A DNA stretch of 64,000 nucleotides from Azolla caroliniana. Taxonomy: Eukaryota > Plantae > Polypodiophyta. The position numbers and the translations under genes are program-made. Location of the stretch: NCBI GenBank assembly GCA_043228905.1, contig JBHGNT010000006.1:2604001-2668000 (forward strand), given 5' to 3'. How positions within the stretch are numbered: the first letter of the stretch is position 1; each line of letters opens with the position of its first letter. Of the stretch, positions 58,701 through 64,000 are shown piece after piece. The notes below the pieces were generated by a model. It saw only the letters and a program-made list of their open reading frames with translations. It had not been told where the DNA came from and ran no database searches.

Positions 58701-61263
58701 TCAGGATGAACCAATATGTGAAATAGTATATGCTTTTCAGCAATAAATTATTTTTACATCAATGATTTTAAGGGGGATACTAACAAGTGATTTCTTGCCA
58801 AAATTGTAGCCAAAACCAACAGTAAAATACAATTTAAAACTTATCGGAGGAAGTATATCTAGTGTTCCTTGGATTTCTGAGTTGATTAAGGTAAAGTTTC
58901 TAAAATATGATGAATGGGATTATATGCACAAAGAGAATGGTTAACATTCTCCGTAATATACATTTTTATGCAAAATTGAACTTCGTTGTGAAGTTACCTA
59001 GTAAAGGGAGATGGAAGCAACGAGAGAAATGAAAACCATAGGTGTTTATAAATGAGAATGAATAAATATTCGTCTTTTAATGTTTCCCCATTTATTGGTT
59101 TCTTGGAAGGCCTGGTACATTTGTCACCCATATGCTTACCTTTTATTCTGAATAGATGGGTGTTCTTTAAGGTGGATATCTTGGCAAGAGAAAAGCTAAA
59201 GAATTAAGTTTTGTGTGCAGGAAACTGTAGAAACGCTTATCACAGACACCCTGGAATGGCCACATAGAATTGTAATTCCAATTGCACAACATCCTATTGA
59301 TTTAAGGTATGTATGTCTGTCTGTATGTATGTATGTATCTATATCTATCTATCTATCTATATATGCAATTTTGATTCTTTCTTGTTGTAGAGGTGATTAT
59401 ATTGAGGGTTATTTAAAGAATATCTCTGTTTTACTTGGTATTAAGTCTTCTTTGTCTGTCAAATGTTTATGGACGTATGTGATTTATGTTGAGATATTAG
59501 ATGTATCGTGTATCCTTCACATGTTTATATATGCTTTGACCAACCATCTGCATTCATTTTTTTATTTGTCTCTTCAATGCTATCATGTTTTGCAATGATA
59601 CTTGTTTAATGATGAACAGTGATTTGGAGCGAAAGCTTCAAGGCAGGTTGACATTGACAGTAATAAGGGCAGCTAAGCTGAAAATGTTTGAAATAATAGG
59701 AAAGTCAGATCCGTATGTAGTTCTCTATGTTCGCAAACTATTAAAAAAGAAAACCAATGTAATCAAGGATAATCAGCAACCAGAGTGGAATGAAGTATTC
59801 GACCTTGATGTCGAGGACAAAGAAACACAGTCACTTGTTTTGCAGGTCTCTTTCTCTTTGCCATCTCAAGAAAGGTGTTAAGATGTGCTAGTGTAGTTGT
59901 CTGGCTACAATATACAAGGAATTTGCAATAGACTTTTAGGTTTACTTGAATTGCTTATTGAAAATTTCAATATTGAGAATTAGCAAGGACTTTTCTTCCT
60001 TAGAGTTGTGAGGAATTTTGTTACCTTAGACTTGATTTTTCTATCCTTAAGCCATGGGAAAATTTGCAAATATTAAAGTTGTATTTTCTTTATAGGTCAT
60101 GGATAAGGATAGTGTGGCAGACAAGTTTATTGGTGTTGTAGTGCTCCCCCTTTCAGTGCTAAAAGATGAGACTACTGAAGAATTAACGTTAGATCTAGCA
60201 TCAAAGTTAGAAATGAGCAATGCAAATGCTAGCGAATTCCGTGGCACAATATCAATCTCAGTAAGTATTGTAAATTAAGAGATTATATGCATAGCACAAT
60301 GTAATCTACTGTTGCTTACTTTTTATTAAAAAGGACCTACTATTTTTACAGAAACACAGAGATGATTTTCATAAAAAAACATTTGAGTTACTTTTAAACT
60401 AATTTCTTGGAACAATAAAGCTGTTTCCTCTTAGAGAGAGAACGCTGTTACAAATTTCAAGGTGTAGCACAATGTCATGCACCATCACAATGATTTCTAA
60501 AAATAAAAACTGAGTTATTTCTAATAGCAAAAAAAGTCATGATAAAACTTAAAAACAAAAAAGCTGAGATATTTCTAACAAATATTGTTTGTGATGAAAT
60601 ACCCTGGGCTTCAAAATCATAGATCGCTTCTACTAACTCATCTACAGTGAGACTGCTACAAAGAAAGGATTAAAAGTAATGCCAAAATTTAACCTCGCTT
60701 TATGTGATACAGATAAAGTATCATGTTTTCTCAAAGGAGGAACAAGCTGCAGCCATTGAAGCTGAAGAGTCTTTTCTTAAGGCAAGACAAATGACTGCAG
60801 AAGCACAATATATTGGTGGAGTGATGGATGCCATTGGATCTGTCATGGGAGGAACAGGCAAGCTCATAATTGATGGTGCAAGTATTCTTGGAAGTATGGC
60901 ATAAATCTAGCTGGTAAAAGCCATGGAAACATCTTATCCAACATGACTTTTGCTCTTGGATGAAGTAGTATTCCTGATTATAAAGTGTGTTTGATTCATG
61001 AATCATCAATCTTTGTAAAGCTTTATTAATCTGCAGTGTGCGCGTGTGACGTACACGCATGCGCGTGCACACACACACACACACACCATTCTAAATGAGG
61101 ACCTTGAATACTAATTTGATGACCCTATAGCTAGTTCCATTTTTAGAGGGTTGCAACTTAAATCATGCACTCAATGTATTGTCTAACTTACATATATTCT
61201 TGATTAGCTCAGATTGGAACCGACTATGTTACAACTTAGCATGTGCAATTACTCTACTTCTTT
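50958..61263 (+). repeat. Near-identical 5153-bp tandem segmental duplication (50958-56110 and 56111-61263)
   Basis: All ORFs repeat at offset 5153. The junction CTACTTC-TTT-AGATCAAGCG has TT microhomology. One difference was spotted (C54172 vs A59325). Confidence 0.97.
56544..60904 (+). pseudogene. Duplicated synaptotagmin exons 2-11, lacking the promoter and TM-coding exon 1
   Basis: Copy of 51391-55751 shifted by 5153 bp; the duplication begins inside intron 1. Confidence 0.8.
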
Positions 61264-63604
61264 GTGTGGTACATCTTGTAGATATCTTCCCCAAGTTTGC
61301 CTCTATGCATCACTATGTTTGCTAAAGTTGCAAGATGCCATTTGATGCCATTTAAATATCATGTAGACGCTCCTATGATGATAGGTAGTCCAAGGTAAAG
61401 TGGGGGAAACAATGTTGTAGATGAATGAGAGATGTAAATGAAGTAGGGATAATTAGTAAACTATGCGTATACTTTAATAGTAATAAAATAAATGTCCAAG
61501 CTTTTTTCAATTTATATTGATATAAAATATTAAATACCCATAAGAACTATATCGCGTAGAAAAATGTTATTGATATTCCCTTTATGTCTTCTGATAAACA
61601 TGTTGCCATATTGATTCTTCTTATTGTTCTCAACTAAATAATACATCATTAACTTGCTGGTTTTCGTGTCAAGAAACATTAACTAATTACTTGCTGACGA
61701 TTGTGAATGTTTAGGCTTAATAAATGTCATGTTAGAGTAACTTGAGCGAGAGTGCTAAGGTTAGCTATTCAATTGAAGACATTGAGATTTATTTGCATCT
61801 CATCATGTAGGAGCACTTCAATGTGTATGTATGTTGTATCATCCCTCTATCAAAACTTTGCACTAATATAATCTTCATGTATTTCATTGATATCAGCAAT
61901 ACTCATAGTTTCAATAATATAAAAATTTACCCTAGGTCAAAATGTTGCTTGTAAAGTAAATCTCTCCTTAAATGAACAAGTAATATTTTTAAGAGCATGT
62001 TTCCTACCATCATTAATTGCATGACTGAAGTTTGTACATTGTCATGAAATTCATTCAATGGCATTGTTGAACAAATGCAAAATAAAAAAGAGTGTATGAA
62101 TTTTGTACATTATCATAAAGAGCACTGAATGGTTTTGTTGAAGAAAGCAATAATATAAATTGTAGAAGAGACTAGAGTTTTATCTTTTACCAAAATGATA
62201 GTCAAAGTTGATAAAAAACATGATCAATGTGCTTCCATGGTATAAATATGAAGTTAACCAAACTACCATATACATGTGTGTGTGCACATTTGCACTTGGG
62301 ACAGGGACTTTTAAAGATTGAGACTTGGATCCATACAATCATAAGCCATAGTGGTCAAAGGTAAATTGTCATAGTTTATTTCAAGTGCTCAATGTCAGCA
62401 CATATATGAGGTATGGAAATATACATGTAAGTGATAATTTTGTTGCATAAAAGGACATTAAGGAAACAAAAAAAGTGTGTAATGGAGACATAGAGGGAAG
62501 GGTGCATAAGAGGGTCTTGTATTGTCATGTTGTTTTAATACATATACCACTCTTACAAATAGATGGGTAGATAGGTGGATCTATTATTACAATGGACAAG
62601 GCTCATCTCATGGCAGAGGATCAAATTTGGGTTCTCAAAATTAGGAATGGTGTTATGGTGTAAATAAACTACCAAAGAGATAGAATGTAATTGTTTTACC
62701 AAGTTATTGCTGATAGCATCAAGGATATAATGTAGGCCATTGGTGGATTAATGAACTAATTCGTACAAGTAGAATGTACTACTATCGCAAATTGAAACAT
62801 GGTATAATTGTTTACTTGCCTATATGTATATATTCAAGGTGTATGAAAGCCATACGTGTACATAAACACAAACATACTTTATAGTTTTCACACACATGCA
62901 TGCTTAAACGTATTGTTGAGCATTGATTCATGTCATCATAATTGGTAAGGATGTTAAAAAAAAGCAATACTCTCTATATGTAATGAATGGCTGAATACCA
63001 TCCCAACCATAGTATTTATTGAAAATGTTCATAGTCCTCTACCCCCTTTTTTTGTTATCCTTACATATATGCCTCTCATATAATTGTATAAAGCTTGACA
63101 AAGTGATCCAATCAATCCCTACTTTCAAGGATGCAATTAAAATCTTATAAAATCTAAACATTAGATCTAGACTTTTTCATTGAGGGTGGCAATGATATTT
63201 CCAAAAAGGTCAAGGATATAGATGATAGAGGCACATATACAAGAGATGGTTTCATTATCTTTTCACGACACATTTTGAATGCCAATGATAATGCTGTTAT
63301 TTTTTAAAATAACAAAGGTATATACGATATTAGGTCATATGTGACAAGTGGTAGTTTCAAAAGTATCCTTACATATTTAAATGCAATGTTTCTACAATAT
63401 CGGTGTGTTTTTAAATCTCTTGCTACCGCATGCTCATACAAACATTTTACAAGCAATATATGGTTGACGTGACACACGGATCTGCATGTGGTACACATTC
63501 ATCATTTGCACATAGTATTCAATCAAGGAATCATTCGTCAATGTTATGTATACAATGCAAACTCCAAAGGAAAATGTTCCTATTGTATGGGGGGCATTGC
63601 AAGT

Positions 63605-63926
63605 CTACTTTCCATAATAACAGTTCCCTCCTTTCAATACTCAGTAAAACTTGGAAGATCATTACCGCTCTCTCATAATGTAACGATACCAACACCTCAG
63701 AAACATTGGACCACCTGGGGGGTCTCAACTTTGCATTTGAAAACCTACTAGAGATGGATTTGAAAACCTACTTTCCATAATAACGGTTCCCTCCTTTCAG
63801 TACTCAGTAAAACTTGGAAGATCATTACCGCTCTCTCATAATGTAACGATACCAACACATCAGAAACATTGGACCACCTGGGGGGTCTCAACTTTGCATT
63901 TGAAAACCTACTAGAGATGGATTTGA
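63605..63926. repeat. 163-bp tandem duplication
   Basis: CTACTTTCCATAATAAC...GAGATGGATTTGA starts at 63605 and 63768, with about 3 substitutions. Confidence 0.92.
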
Positions 63927-64000
63927 TCATTTAAGGGGTCAACTAAATTGATTCTCTTTAGATGGCTATTAGTGCATACGGCATTACTAGTTGGCCATTC

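Noticed and set aside
63304-63498. CxxC...H motif (MCTTCRSVCHVNHILL) resembling a LINE zinc finger
   Set aside because: Too short, and unsupported by any flanking RT or RNase H similarity.

Overview
This is eukaryotic, AT-rich land-plant nuclear DNA, probably from a non-seed plant such as a fern. That is an inference from a Tcn1-like chromovirus, PLS-type PPR genes and a DYW:KP-like relic. Bases 1-18.5 kb are a nest of six LTR retroelements. An old copia (E) is the host. An apparently intact young copia (A, a 1190-codon gag-pol running off the left edge) and a degenerate copia (B, 4532-17011, TSD CTTAG) inserted into E. B carries an internally deleted mini LTR element (F, TSD ATTAC) in its 3' LTR. 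B also carries a chromodomain-bearing gypsy element (C, 8087-14550) in its integrase, and C carries a solo LTR (D) with a 4-bp TSD. C shows a Tf1-type self-priming PBS and a -1 frameshift cassette. The rest of the window holds: a 4-exon MYB98/MYB119-like R2R3-MYB gene plus a relic duplicate, LINE fragments, a decayed PPR-DYW(:KP-like) pseudogene, an intact 940-aa PLS-E PPR gene, an 11-exon A-type cyclin, and a CLB1/SYT7-like synaptotagmin. The synaptotagmin has a frameshifted exon 1, and its exons 2-11 are tandemly duplicated (5153-bp unit, near-identical copies). All calls come from manual reading, with no database searches.
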